Positions 10,099 through 21,198 are shown, counted from the first letter of the stretch. The stretch is 64,000 nucleotides of DNA from an uncultured Nitrososphaeraceae archaeon (GCA_963779615.1 CAVZZA010000001.1:544001-608000); one strand, 5' to 3'. Notes: generated by a model not told the origin, from the letters alone. Made by a program: numbers and translations.

Positions 10099-12217
10099 TG
10101 ATGCATCTCACAACTCGTCTAACGTTCAAGAACAACAGCAGACCTTGTCTGCTTTATCTAACGAATTGGAATCTTTTTTAAGATCTTTTAAAGATCGTGG
10201 CGGTAATTATAAATATTTTGACAAGATTAATAACATGATCGCAACTTCATCCACATCTGTTACTATAGATTATATAGATTTTGATGGCTTTAATCCTGCC
10301 CTTGCAAAAGATATCACACACAATCCTGATGAAATGCTTACTGCTTTTAGTGACGCAGTCGTTTCTATACTGGCTGAAATTCACCCTGAGTATGCCGACG
10401 AAATCAAAGATCATGTAAGAGTTAGAATAGGCAATTATGCCGTCCAAAAGGGATTGCGTGATATAAACGCAGATGTAATTAACAAGTTATTAGGCGTTTC
10501 TGGAATGGTTGTGCGTTCTTCTGAAGTTAAACCATTCGGAAAAAAAATTGCCTATAGGTGCCTTAATTGTAACCAAATCAATCTTTCCCAATTAAAAGGG
10601 TTATCATTAAAAAAACCTCAAAGATGTTTTAACTGTTCTGAAAAAGAACTGGAAATGGATATAGAAAACAGTTTATTTATCGATTTTCAATTGGTTAGAC
10701 TGCAAGAATTACCCGAGGACCTTCCTGCCGGACAGCTTCCTCATTATATTGAGGTCACGATTTTAGGTGATCTAGTTGATCAGTGCAGGCCTGGTGATAG
10801 AATAATGTTAACTGGCATTATAAGAATTGATCAGGAATCCTCCTTTATTTCTGGAAATTCTGGTTCTCAAATAAAGACTTCTTTGTTTAAGCTTAGAATG
10901 GAAGGAAATAATATTGAATATCTTGGCGGTCGTGCTGGGGACAAAAAGTCAAGGTCTATTGAACGAATTTCAATTAGTGCAGAAGATGAAAGACAAATAC
11001 TTACAATGTCTAAAAAACCGGACATTTATGAAAAATTAATTTCATCATTTGCTTCTCATATATATGGACACGAAGTCATTAAAGAGTCTATTTTACTTTT
11101 AATCGTGGGTTCGGTTAACAAAAAACTAGACGATGGCTCTGCAAGACGGGGAGATATTAACATACTTTTGGTTGGGGACCCTGGAACTGCGAAATCTGAA
11201 ATGCTCAAATTTGCAGCGAAAATCGCTCCTAGGGGCTTATATACTTCCGGTAGAGGCTCCACTGCCGCTGGACTCACAGCAGCAGTTATACGGGATAAAT
11301 CTGGAATGATGATGTTAGAAGCAGGTGCAGTGGTTTTAGGTGATCAGGGGTTAGTTTGTATAGATGAATTTGATAAAATAAAAGCCGAAGATCGCTCAGC
11401 TTTACATGAGGTTATGGAGCAACAAACCTGTTCTGTTGCCAAAGGTGGTATTGTGGCGACGTTAAATGCAAGAACCTCTATACTGTCTGCAGCAAACCCT
11501 ATGTATGGGAAATATGATCCTTATAAAAATATCACTGAGAATGTAAATCTACCAATACCTCTTCTAACTAGATTTGATATAGTATATGTTATAAGAGATC
11601 TTCCAGAAAAAGAGAAGGATAGCAAAATAGCTGGCCATATTTTGGAAATTCATAAAGATTTTCAAAAAACCTCCCAAACCCCAATCAACATAGATCTCTT
11701 GAGTAAATACTTGGCATTTGCTAAGCAGTTAGTTGAACCTGAGTTGACCCGTGAAGCAGTTTCCCTTATTCGTGATTATTATATGAAAATGAGAAATGTT
11801 GATTCTGATAGCATGATAACTGTGACACCTAGACAACTTGAAGGACTAATTAGGCTTTCTACTGCTCGGGCACGATTGCTATTAAAGAATAAAGTCGAAA
11901 AAGAAGATGCAGAAAGGTCCATCTTCCTTATCCAAAGGATGTTAGAGACAGCTGGTGTAGACGTTAACACTGGTAAAGTTGATTTAGGTGTTTTGCATGG
12001 GAAACCTTTTAGTGAGATATCTAAATTAAAACTTTTTATGGAGATATTTTCAAGTTTGTCTGGAGAAGACAAAAATGATGTCGAGGAAAATACGTTTATC
12101 ATAGAGCTTGGAAAAACAGGTAAATTTGCAGAATCAGATGCAAAATCCTACATAAAAAAGGCAATGAATGATGGTCAAATATATGAAAGAAAACCTGGAT
12201 TTTACTCAAAAGCGTAA
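10091..12217 (+). CDS. mcm: Replicative helicase MCM (no intein)
   Basis: GDPGTAKS, GLTAAV, IDEFDK, LLTRFD, TPRQLE; Zn finger CLNC/CFNC. Confidence 0.97.
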   Translation: MSSDASHNSSNVQEQQQTLSALSNELESFLRSFKDRGGNYKYFDKINNMIATSSTSVTIDYIDFDGFNPALAKDITHNPDEMLTAFSDAVVSILAEIHPEYADEIKDHVRVRIGNYAVQKGLRDINADVINKLLGVSGMVVRSSEVKPFGKKIAYRCLNCNQINLSQLKGLSLKKPQRCFNCSEKELEMDIENSLFIDFQLVRLQELPEDLPAGQLPHYIEVTILGDLVDQCRPGDRIMLTGIIRIDQESSFISGNSGSQIKTSLFKLRMEGNNIEYLGGRAGDKKSRSIERISISAEDERQILTMSKKPDIYEKLISSFASHIYGHEVIKESILLLIVGSVNKKLDDGSARRGDINILLVGDPGTAKSEMLKFAAKIAPRGLYTSGRGSTAAGLTAAVIRDKSGMMMLEAGAVVLGDQGLVCIDEFDKIKAEDRSALHEVMEQQTCSVAKGGIVATLNARTSILSAANPMYGKYDPYKNITENVNLPIPLLTRFDIVYVIRDLPEKEKDSKIAGHILEIHKDFQKTSQTPINIDLLSKYLAFAKQLVEPELTREAVSLIRDYYMKMRNVDSDSMITVTPRQLEGLIRLSTARARLLLKNKVEKEDAERSIFLIQRMLETAGVDVNTGKVDLGVLHGKPFSEISKLKLFMEIFSSLSGEDKNDVEENTFIIELGKTGKFAESDAKSYIKKAMNDGQIYERKPGFYSKA

Positions 12218-12292
12218 GGGTTTTACCTTTATTTTGCCAAATGATCTAGTAGCCCGGAAAGAAAAAATTAAATTTTGAATTAGGGTCTTATC

Positions 12293-12889
12293 TTGTTTGT
12301 ATTGACTGTTATATCTGACTCCTATATGGGAATATTTTTACCTCCTGATATTTCCAAAAGAATTTCCAAATTTCTTGATGGCAATTTGGATTTTCCATTT
12401 GTTGATAAAGATGAGATTATGGGAGTATTTTTTTTATTTGGAAAAAATTTTGGCGTTAAAACAAATTTGGATATTTCATACGTCAAAGATCTTGCGAGAA
12501 GATCGATTGATCAGGTAAAACGAGAGATATTTCTTTCTAAAAAAATTGTAAAATCAGATATCGAACTAATCAAGGAAAATTATCAAAGAAGAGTTTTACA
12601 AATTTATGTAGAATTTCAGGATAATCAATCATTTGATAAATCTGAAATCAATGAAAGGATTAACCGCGATCCCTCTATTCTTATATCATGCTATTCTCAA
12701 CATATTGCATATTATGATCAAAAATGCTTTTTTGAAATTTTTGATCCTTTAAAAAAAAATCAAATAGATGAAAAATTACATGATTTATTGTTGGATAGAA
12801 TGGTTATGATCGGTTATAATTGCAAGAATGCTGAAATGTTGCCATTTAATACTATAGCTCCATTTTTAACATGGATTAAAATTAATTAA
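12293..12889 (+). CDS. Hypothetical protein (start possibly ATG 12326)
   Basis: 198 aa ORF between mcm and aIF-2beta; no recognised motif. Confidence 0.65.
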   Translation: MFVLTVISDSYMGIFLPPDISKRISKFLDGNLDFPFVDKDEIMGVFFLFGKNFGVKTNLDISYVKDLARRSIDQVKREIFLSKKIVKSDIELIKENYQRRVLQIYVEFQDNQSFDKSEINERINRDPSILISCYSQHIAYYDQKCFFEIFDPLKKNQIDEKLHDLLLDRMVMIGYNCKNAEMLPFNTIAPFLTWIKIN

Positions 12890-12919
12890 TCATTTTAATA
12901 TTTGTTTGTCAATTAATTT

Positions 12920-13408
12920 GTGTTTTATCTTCTCTATTCAAAACATAAATTAATTGGTAGAAACATTATAGTCAATGTGTCCATTCAGGATAAATCTGAC
13001 TACGAATCTTTGTTAGATAGATTACAAAATAAATTAGGAAACGTGATAAAAAAAGAAGTTTCTAGGCTTGAAGTTCCGACTCCAAAGATTATGTGGGTTG
13101 GTCAAAGAACTATATTTAGGAACTTTATGGATTTTCCAAAAGCTCTTAGAAGAGATCCTGAAAAACTATTATTGTATTTGAATAAGGAATTAGCATCTGC
13201 AGGCTATATAGCTGGCGAGAGAATTATCTTTCTAGGAAGAAAGCCCATATCTTCGTTTGGTGGGTTAATAGATAGATATGTAAAGGATTATGTTATATGT
13301 CCTGTTTGTGGAAGCCCAGATACTAGAACAGAGAAAATTAAAAAATTAGGGTTTATGATTTGTGAGGCTTGTGGAGCAAGATCATCAATCAAGAGTAATT
13401 ATGCATAA
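12920..13408 (+). CDS. eif2b: Translation initiation factor aIF-2 beta subunit (true start likely downstream)
   Basis: TIFRNF, YVICPVCGSPDT, CEACGA. Confidence 0.92.
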   Translation: MFYLLYSKHKLIGRNIIVNVSIQDKSDYESLLDRLQNKLGNVIKKEVSRLEVPTPKIMWVGQRTIFRNFMDFPKALRRDPEKLLLYLNKELASAGYIAGERIIFLGRKPISSFGGLIDRYVKDYVICPVCGSPDTRTEKIKKLGFMICEACGARSSIKSNYA

Positions 13409-13542
13409 ATTATTCTGAGATTGTCTATGATCTGAAGCATTAACCGTTTTCCATTCTTCCGTTTTCCAACTACGTTATCTTTTATTATGGTATGTACAGT
13501 ACAACGACGCGCTTTTTTATTATCGATATGTAATTATTAGAT

Positions 13543-14232
13543 TTGAATGAATTTATTATCATGGAAAAAGAACAAGAAAAAGAAAATGATAATTATAGTG
13601 ATAATTATAATGACAATGATGGTGGTTCTACATCTGGAAATAATTATAATGACTCCGATTCACCACTAACTACATTAAACACTGATAATTCTTTTGAAGA
13701 TACCTTAAATGAATTAAAGAATACTAAAAATGAATTAGAACATTATCGCAATCTGTATAATGATACGTTTAATAAATTAAAATATAGTTTAGCAGATTTT
13801 GATAATTTCCGAAAGAATGTTGAAAAACAAAACTCTTTGAAAATGCTATCAATCAAAGCTGATCTGTTGTCTGTTGTTGTGGATATGCGCGAAGATTTCA
13901 TTCGTGCTATTGATACAATAAAACAAAAGAAAATTGACAATGCGATTTTTGAGGGATTAGAAAGTATTTTAAAGAATATCGATACATTCTTAGAAAAAGA
14001 AGGCATTAAAGAAATAGATTCATTAAATCATGTTTTCGATCCTGATATTCATGAAATTGTAGGCTTTTCTTATGCTGATGATGATGATGTGGAGGAAAAT
14101 ATCATCACAAAAGAGATTCGCAGGGGTTATTTGCTAAATGGTCGAGTTTTACGTCCAAGCTTAGTTGAAGTCTCCAAAAAGATAGTTAAAAATATCGATG
14201 ATAATAATAATACAATTGGAGATGAAATTTAA
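13543..14232 (+). CDS. grpE: Nucleotide exchange factor GrpE
   Basis: ADFDNFRK, FDPDIHE, GYLLNGRVLRPSLV; precedes dnaK. Confidence 0.95.
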   Translation: MNEFIIMEKEQEKENDNYSDNYNDNDGGSTSGNNYNDSDSPLTTLNTDNSFEDTLNELKNTKNELEHYRNLYNDTFNKLKYSLADFDNFRKNVEKQNSLKMLSIKADLLSVVVDMREDFIRAIDTIKQKKIDNAIFEGLESILKNIDTFLEKEGIKEIDSLNHVFDPDIHEIVGFSYADDDDVEENIITKEIRRGYLLNGRVLRPSLVEVSKKIVKNIDDNNNTIGDEI

Positions 14233-16134
14233 ATGGGAAAGATAATAGGAATTGATTTAGGAACCAGTAATTCTGCTGCATCAGCGTTAGTTGGTGGAAA
14301 ACCTGTAATAATACAAGCCGCTGAAGGTACTTCAATAGGCGGAAAGTCATTTCCATCCGTCGTTGCTTTTTCGAAAGATGGACAATTAATGGTTGGTGAA
14401 CCCGCAAGGCGTCAAATGCTCTCCAACCCTGAAGGTACCATTATAGCTGCCAAAAGAAAAATGGGCTCTGATTATAAATTTAAGGTATTTGGGAAAGAAT
14501 ATACCCCACAACAGGTATCATCATTTATCCTTCAAAAAATTAAAAGAGATGCTGAGGCATTCCTTGGTGATACTGTTGATAAAGCCGTTATCACTGCTCC
14601 TGCTTATTTTAACGACAATCAACGACAAGCAACAAAAGATGCTGGTGAAATTGCTGGCTTGGAAGTAGTAAGAATAATCAACGAGCCCACTGCTGCCTCC
14701 CTTGCGTATGGATTGGACAAAGTCCAAAAAGACCTCAAGATCATGGTATTTGATTTTGGAGGTGGAACTTTGGATGTTACCATTATGGAAATGGGCGGTG
14801 GTGTATTTGAAGTAAAAAGCACCTCCGGTGATACGCAATTAGGCGGCACCGACATGGACAATATTTTGATAGATTACCTAGTTAACGAATTTAGAAAACA
14901 GTCTGGACTGGATATAAAAAATGACAAAGCCGCTATGATGAGGATTCGTGAAGCTGCAGAAAAAGCAAAAATCGAGCTATCTAATATAGTTACTACTGAA
15001 ATAAACTTGCCATTTTTAGCATATGACCAGTCTTCGGGACCAAAAAATTTCATTTTAGCATTTACTCGATCAAAATTAGAAGAATTGTTAAGACCTGTTG
15101 TAGAGAAATGCAGAAATCCTATGCTCCAATCTTTAAGAGATGCTAAACTAAACACCACTGATATTGACAAAATAATTTTAGTTGGAGGGCCCACAAGAAT
15201 GCCAATAGTTAAGGAATTTGTAACTTCTGTAATGAACAAAGAACCTGAAGGTGGTGTTGATCCAATGGAAGCCGTGGCATTGGGCGCAGCAATACAAGGA
15301 GCAATTATTTCTGGTGAGGTGACAACAGATATTCTGTTGGTGGATGTGACTCCGCTAACACTTGGAGTAGAAGTTATGGGAGGACTTAAAGAATCTTTAA
15401 TCGAACGTAACACTACCATTCCCACCAAAAAAAGCAAAGTATTCACGACTGCTGCCGATTATCAAACCGCAGTAACTATTCATGTAGTCCAAGGGGAGCG
15501 ATCTATGGCTGCAGATTGCGTTTCTTTAGGCATGTTTAATTTATCTGGTATACCGCCTGCACCTAGAGGTGTTCCTCAGATTGAGGTAACATTTGATATA
15601 GATACCAATGGAATTTTAAACGTGACCGCTAAGGATATGGCAACATCTAAAGAATCTAAAATCACTATCTCTGCAAGCACAAAATTATCTAAAGAGGAAA
15701 TAGAAAAATTAAAAAAAGAGTCTGAGGAATTTGCTGAAGTAGATAGAAAGAAGATAGAAGAAGCTCAGCTGAAAAATGAATCTGATACTTTGATCTACTC
15801 TGCCGAAAAGTTGATCAATCAAGATTTGAAAGATAAAGTTACTTCAGAACAAAAGGATAAAGTCAACAAACTTACTAATGAATTAAGAGAGGCTCTTTCA
15901 GCTAATAATACTGAAACCATAAAATCAAAAACAACTGACCTAAAAGCCGTTCTTAGTGAAATTAGTGTTGCTGCATATCAAACTGCTGCCGCTGCTGCCG
16001 CTCCAAATTCTCCTTCCGGTTCTGCTGACCCCGGTAGTAATGTCCCCCCAAATGAAAGTAATTCTGATCAAAACTTCAAAAAAGACTCCCCTCAAACTGG
16101 TTCTGACACACCAAATTCTGGCACGAATCCTTGA
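14233..16134 (+). CDS. dnaK: Chaperone DnaK (Hsp70)
   Basis: [41 protein letters not shown]. Confidence 0.98.
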   Translation: MGKIIGIDLGTSNSAASALVGGKPVIIQAAEGTSIGGKSFPSVVAFSKDGQLMVGEPARRQMLSNPEGTIIAAKRKMGSDYKFKVFGKEYTPQQVSSFILQKIKRDAEAFLGDTVDKAVITAPAYFNDNQRQATKDAGEIAGLEVVRIINEPTAASLAYGLDKVQKDLKIMVFDFGGGTLDVTIMEMGGGVFEVKSTSGDTQLGGTDMDNILIDYLVNEFRKQSGLDIKNDKAAMMRIREAAEKAKIELSNIVTTEINLPFLAYDQSSGPKNFILAFTRSKLEELLRPVVEKCRNPMLQSLRDAKLNTTDIDKIILVGGPTRMPIVKEFVTSVMNKEPEGGVDPMEAVALGAAIQGAIISGEVTTDILLVDVTPLTLGVEVMGGLKESLIERNTTIPTKKSKVFTTAADYQTAVTIHVVQGERSMAADCVSLGMFNLSGIPPAPRGVPQIEVTFDIDTNGILNVTAKDMATSKESKITISASTKLSKEEIEKLKKESEEFAEVDRKKIEEAQLKNESDTLIYSAEKLINQDLKDKVTSEQKDKVNKLTNELREALSANNTETIKSKTTDLKAVLSEISVAAYQTAAAAAAPNSPSGSADPGSNVPPNESNSDQNFKKDSPQTGSDTPNSGTNP

Positions 16135-16175
16135 TTTGTGTGGTTCTCATTCTCTACTTATTTTTATGATTTGAG

Positions 16176-17303
16176 ATGGCTAATAAAAGAGATTATTATG
16201 AAATATTGAGTGTTCAGAGGACTGCACCCAAAGATGAAATAAAATCCGCGTACAGGAAATTAGCTCTAAAATATCATCCAGATCGTAATAAATCACCAGA
16301 AGCAGAAGAAAAATTCAAAGAAATTTCTGAAGCATATGCTGTTTTATCTGATCCAGACAAACGTCAACGATATGATACTTATGGTCATGTTGGAACAGAA
16401 GAAGTATTCAGGGGCTCTGAGGATAACTTTGCTGAAATTTTCAAGGATATGGGATTTGGTGGTGTAGGCGATATTTTCGAGCAGATATTTGGGCGAATGG
16501 GTGGTGGTAGCAGCCGCAATGATCCTTTCGGGTTTGGTTCTAGAAATAATGATAGGCGAATTAGAGGCAGAGATCTTTTGTATGACGTTGATATGACATT
16601 GGAAGATGTTTTAAAGGGGACCAAACACGAAATTGAGATTCCTTCAATCGAAAACTGTTCGTCTTGTTCAGGCTCTGGAGCAGCACCTGGCACCTCTTCA
16701 AAAAAATGTGTAACATGTAATGGACAAGGGCAAACAAGAAGAGTTTATAATCAAAATCAGTTTTCTACATTCATCTCGTTGGAAACCTGTAATACCTGTC
16801 ACGGCGAAGGTAAGATAATCGAAAAACCTTGTTATACTTGCAAAGGAAACGGTAAAGTTAGTAAAACAAATACTGTCAGTATAGATATTCCGTCTGGCAT
16901 AGAAGACGGTACAACATTAAGGCTTTCGGGAAAGGGTGAACATATACAAGGCGGCCTAAACGGTGATTTATTAATACGTGTGCATGTTTTACCTCATAAT
17001 CTCTTTAAAGTAATGGATGAAGGCGATTTAATTTGTAATCTTGATGTTTCTTTTGTAGATATGATATTGGGAACAGAAACACGTGTCCCCACTTTAGATG
17101 GAACTGAAAAATTAAAAATACCTGCGTGTACAAAAGCCAATTCCATTTTCAAAATTAAGGGTAAAGGTCTGCCCAGATACGGAAGATTTGGAAGGGGAAA
17201 TCAATATGTAAAGCTCGAGGTCAGGTTACCTGATAAGATCAATGATAATGAAAAGAATCTCCTTAAAGAGCTAGCAAAAGAGTTAAAAAAAAATGAAAAA
17301 TGA
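16176..17303 (+). CDS. dnaJ: Chaperone DnaJ
   Basis: J domain HPD, G/F region, four CxxCxGxG repeats. Confidence 0.97.
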   Translation: MANKRDYYEILSVQRTAPKDEIKSAYRKLALKYHPDRNKSPEAEEKFKEISEAYAVLSDPDKRQRYDTYGHVGTEEVFRGSEDNFAEIFKDMGFGGVGDIFEQIFGRMGGGSSRNDPFGFGSRNNDRRIRGRDLLYDVDMTLEDVLKGTKHEIEIPSIENCSSCSGSGAAPGTSSKKCVTCNGQGQTRRVYNQNQFSTFISLETCNTCHGEGKIIEKPCYTCKGNGKVSKTNTVSIDIPSGIEDGTTLRLSGKGEHIQGGLNGDLLIRVHVLPHNLFKVMDEGDLICNLDVSFVDMILGTETRVPTLDGTEKLKIPACTKANSIFKIKGKGLPRYGRFGRGNQYVKLEVRLPDKINDNEKNLLKELAKELKKNEK

Positions 17304-17332
17304 AATAGTTTGAACATTGACATCAAAATATT

Positions 17333-18256
17333 ATGTTTGCTATAGAGTCTTTCAATGTAGATAAGCTCTATAAAGGTTCAAACAAAAAGGCCTTGGATGA
17401 TATATCGTTAAAAATAGAAGGTGGTAGGATATCCACACTTTTAGGGCGAAATGGTGCTGGTAAAACTACATTTGTACGTATTTGTTCCACTCAATTATTG
17501 CCGACTTCTGGCAAGGTGTTGATATTTGGTGATGATGTTGTTTCTTCGCCAGAAAAAATACGTAAAATAGTTTCAATTGTTCCACAAGAAGGAAGACCTT
17601 TGCGTGCATTAACACCCTGGGACCATATTTATAATTGGTTAAAAATCAGAGGAGAATGCAATAATTCTGCATCAAAAAAAACGTCTGAAATTTTGAATCG
17701 ATTGGACCTCTATTCTGCAAAAGATGTTCCTGTGTTGAATCTTTCTGGCGGTATGAAACAAAAAATTTTAGTTGGTATGGCTATGGCTACTGAGTCTCCT
17801 TTATTGTTCTTAGATGAGCCTACTATTGGTTTAGATCCAGTTTCCAGACGTCAGGTTTGGTCTATTATTAAAGATTGGAAAAATAAAGGCAGGACTATAG
17901 TTTTAACCACCCATTATATGGACGAAGCAGAATTATTATCTGATTCAATTTTTATTCTTGATAAAGGTAAAGTTATATCAAAAGGGACTATGGCTGATTT
18001 ACGAAATACCTTGAATTATTCTATACGGGTAGATATCCATGAATCAAGTAAATACGACAACAATGGCATTAAAGATCTATTTGGTTCTTTTGGAAAAATG
18101 ATTGAAATCAGTTCTAATTCTATTAGATTATTTACGTTCGAGTCGAATTTAAAAGAGATATCAGAATTGGCAGTGAAATATAATTTATCATTTGCTGTGT
18201 CTCCAATAACCTTGGATGATATTTTTGTGAACCTTTTGGGTGGCAACACCGATTAA
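17333..18256 (+). CDS. ABC transporter ATP-binding protein (DrrA/ABC-2 type)
   Basis: GRNGAGKT, LSGGM, LFLDEPT, TTHYMDEAE. Confidence 0.92.
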   Translation: MFAIESFNVDKLYKGSNKKALDDISLKIEGGRISTLLGRNGAGKTTFVRICSTQLLPTSGKVLIFGDDVVSSPEKIRKIVSIVPQEGRPLRALTPWDHIYNWLKIRGECNNSASKKTSEILNRLDLYSAKDVPVLNLSGGMKQKILVGMAMATESPLLFLDEPTIGLDPVSRRQVWSIIKDWKNKGRTIVLTTHYMDEAELLSDSIFILDKGKVISKGTMADLRNTLNYSIRVDIHESSKYDNNGIKDLFGSFGKMIEISSNSIRLFTFESNLKEISELAVKYNLSFAVSPITLDDIFVNLLGGNTD

Positions 18257-19019
18257 TTTGTGACACGTGGTATTCGGTTCTGTTGATTTTATGTTATAGC
18301 GAGACAGCAACAATACTTTCCGTATCGTTTAGAGCAGCCTCAGTCGTCAACTTGATTGCAGTGGCCATTACTTATTTTTAATATCATAAGGTTAGAATGT
18401 AGTAGTTTTACCATTATTGATTAGATTTGAATTTAAATATCTGAATGGCTAAGATCCAATTGATTCGCTCCTTCAATTGTATGGTTATACAGGGAAGGGG
18501 ATGCTCCTATGGTGGGTGTGCGTATACCAAAAGCCAAAAAATATTATATCCACCTGGGGAGGCAGGCTGGAAAGAATTTACAAAACCATTATCCTCGTTA
18601 TTTCCAGATTTGCAGAAGATGAGAAGAAGAAGAATACAAACAATCTTGACATGTGTAATGGCAACCGATCGGCTGGTTGATGATGATGATGACCTTGTCA
18701 TAGCTGTATGGAGAAAGTGTACTGTGATATCAAAATAACAAACAGATCATCAAGGATATCTGATAAATGGGATATCCAAGTGGATATGAAAGGCTAACGT
18801 GTTAAAATCTATATGTTGCTGATGTAATGGTCAATATAAAGAGTATCTATACAAACTGTCAAATTGTTTAGAAGAATTACAATGGAATGAAAATAAGACA
18901 GATACAAATAAACAATCCGTTATACAAGCATTTTACTATACTAAAAAGATCTATATTTTCTAATTGGTAATTCTTTATATTATTGATATATATATATGAA
19001 TTTCTTAAAAACCCTTTGT

Positions 19020-19139
19020 GCGGGAGTTGCCAAGCCTGGTCAAAGGCGTGAGATATTTATATACACGATGCTCAGAAATCAGGATAATTGAGACACCTCA
19101 TCTCGCAGGAGTCCATGGGTTCAAATCCCATCTCCCGCA
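19020..19139 (+). tRNA. tRNA-Leu(CAG) with two introns (19053-19069 at 30/31; 19077-19094 at 37/38)
   Basis: Acceptor GCGGGAG/CTCCCGC; long variable arm; spliced anticodon arm TGAGG-CTCAGAA-CCTCA; BHB helices CGTG/CACG and CTCA/TGAG with 3-nt bulges. Confidence 0.9.
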
Positions 19140-19257
19140 TTAAAATATTTACTTTCTTTCTGATCTGCTTGTATATGTTCTGTAATTTTCTTTCTTTATA
19201 TTTTATCGAATTGAATTCGTCATCATATATATAATGCTTATATTACAACTATTAGAT

Positions 19258-19379
19258 AGCGGGGTGGGGAAGCCAGACCTTTTTAGGGGCTAGGTTATCC
19301 CGGCGGGCTCATAACCCGCAGAGCGGTTACTGTGCTTTAATGAATAAGCCAGCCGTATGTTCAAATCAACCCCCCGCTA
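19258..19379 (+). tRNA. Initiator tRNA-Met(CAT) with two introns (19277-19293 in D-loop; 19329-19358 in T-stem)
   Basis: A1-T72 pair (AGCGGGG/CCCCGCT); GCGGG-CTCATAA-CCCGC with three GC pairs; splicing restores GGTTG-TTCAAAT-CAACC; BHB helices AGCC/GGCT and GCGG/CCGT. Confidence 0.9.
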
Positions 19380-20746
19380 TTTTTTATAATCCATCGAGTA
19401 TTTTTCAATAAGCATGAAATCTGTTTTTCATCATATTTTTTCTCCTTGTCATATCTAAAAAATGGTTTTGTTAAGTGTCTATGGGCTATTGGTTCTGGTA
19501 TGTATAAACCGCGTATCAATTCTCTATCTTTTTTTATTACTGTTTTAGATTTGTCTCTTTTTTTTAATTTGCATATTGGACATTGAAATCCTTTGTTTTT
19601 CCCTTCAGATTTCATGCTCTTACCGCATTTTTCACATAGAGGATTTTTAAAATAAAAAGTTTCTTTTAACTCTTTTATGAGTAGATACTCTAAGTTTAAA
19701 GTTTTTAGGTTATTCAATTTATTATGTGCTCCGTATCCAATTTCAATTTTATCCTCTATATCTAACAATGCAGCGACTTTGGTTAGTCGTGTTGGTTCAT
19801 ATACCGCAACAGGTAGAATATCGTTGGATTCGTCTTTTACATAAAATATAACATGACCGCCATTAATGACATTTGGTTTTGTGATTAACTGACAATTGAC
19901 ATGACCTGCTGTATAAGGTAATATCTTTGATAATTTTCGCTCTTTAACTAAATGTAGATTTGTTCCTTGATTCGATCTAAAAACCATGTATCCCTCCAAT
20001 TTTTCATCTATTTGCAGACTTTCGATAAATAATGTGGTGGTCATTGGATCTTCTCCACGAATTCCACAAAAAACGGGATCAGGACCATGTGGCGCGATTA
20101 AGACTCTTTTTTTTTGGTAATCGAAATTATTGAATGTATGTGGAAATGATTCATCGCTTAATTTTTTAAGCCTATTCTCGTTTATCCTTCTTATTGTTCC
20201 TATATTTTCTTTTTTTCTATAGGCGATTGTTTCATATGTGTGATCGGTATTTAGATAACATCCTATTGCCGCTAATGCTCCTACTAATCCATATCCTTTT
20301 CCAGATTGGAAAAATTGAATGCTGTTTTTTCTTGCAATTTTTTCAGCTAATTGTTTGCTTAATATTGTATCCATTGCATTTTTACTCAAAGAAATTATAT
20401 CGTTGGCGATGTTGTTTTCCTCATAAAAAGCTAAACCCGGATTTGCTCCGTTTTCTAAATCCGCATAATTTTCTATAAAGTAAATTGTCTCTTCTCTAAT
20501 CTTCTCATATTTTTTTCCTTTTATTCGCAGACATACCGCACCATTTCCTCTGGTTTTAAGAGGAATGTTAGGATTTAATCGAATTAGTAACGGAAAGTCT
20601 ATGAAATTTACTTTGAATTTTTTAATCAAAATGTCTGCAAGTAAATATGCCAGGTGAGTGGTGCATCTTCCGTTAACCGAATCAGTGTCATCAAAACCTA
20701 TATGAAGAATTTTCTCATCGTCTTCTTTATTGTTCTGATTATTCAT
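19361..20746 (-). CDS. tiaS: tRNA(Ile2) 2-agmatinylcytidine synthetase
   Basis: IGFDDTDS..G.CTT, LIRLNPNIP.KTRGNGAV, PHGPDPV..GIRG, OB fold GGHV, Zn ribbon, RHLTKP. Confidence 0.93.
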   Translation of the reverse strand: MNNQNNKEDDEKILHIGFDDTDSVNGRCTTHLAYLLADILIKKFKVNFIDFPLLIRLNPNIPLKTRGNGAVCLRIKGKKYEKIREETIYFIENYADLENGANPGLAFYEENNIANDIISLSKNAMDTILSKQLAEKIARKNSIQFFQSGKGYGLVGALAAIGCYLNTDHTYETIAYRKKENIGTIRRINENRLKKLSDESFPHTFNNFDYQKKRVLIAPHGPDPVFCGIRGEDPMTTTLFIESLQIDEKLEGYMVFRSNQGTNLHLVKERKLSKILPYTAGHVNCQLITKPNVINGGHVIFYVKDESNDILPVAVYEPTRLTKVAALLDIEDKIEIGYGAHNKLNNLKTLNLEYLLIKELKETFYFKNPLCEKCGKSMKSEGKNKGFQCPICKLKKRDKSKTVIKKDRELIRGLYIPEPIAHRHLTKPFFRYDKEKKYDEKQISCLLKNTRWIIKNSGGLI

Positions 20747-20865
20747 ATGATGTGACTGTTCTCCACTGATTATCTTGTGGTGTTATTTTTAGTCTCCTAT
20801 TTGTTTATTGTTTATTTATTTATTAATATATTTCTGAAAAATTTTATATTATTGTATTATGATAT

Positions 20866-21198
20866 TTGCAAATGCTAAAAACCTTTAATGAAATAGATTT
20901 TGAAAAACGAAATGGTCTGATACCTGTAGTAGTTCAAGATATGCATACAAAAGATATTTTGATGTTAGCATATGTTAATCAAAATGCATTATCTAAAACC
21001 ATGGATACGGGAAATGCTTGTTTTTGGAGTACGTCTCGTAATAAGATGTGGATGAAAGGTGAAGAATCTGGAAATACACAACCTGTAAAAAAAATTTTAG
21101 TAGATTGTGATTCGGATGCTTTAGTATATTTGGTTGATTCTCCTAAACCTATATGTCATACCGGAAATAAAACGTGTTTTCATAACGAATTACACTAG
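20866..21198 (+). CDS. hisI: Phosphoribosyl-AMP cyclohydrolase
   Basis: WMKGEESGN, DCDSDA, CHTGNKTCF. Confidence 0.95.
   Translation: MQMLKTFNEIDFEKRNGLIPVVVQDMHTKDILMLAYVNQNALSKTMDTGNACFWSTSRNKMWMKGEESGNTQPVKKILVDCDSDALVYLVDSPKPICHTGNKTCFHNELH

Noticed and set aside
14186-15446. Antisense ORFs within dnaK (and similar ones in mcm, valS, amt and sulfite reductase)
   Set aside because: Shadow frames of conserved genes with no motifs of their own.
19258-19379. CAU tRNA as tRNA-Ile2, the TiaS substrate
   Set aside because: The A1-U72 pair and three consecutive GC pairs in the anticodon stem mark it as initiator Met.
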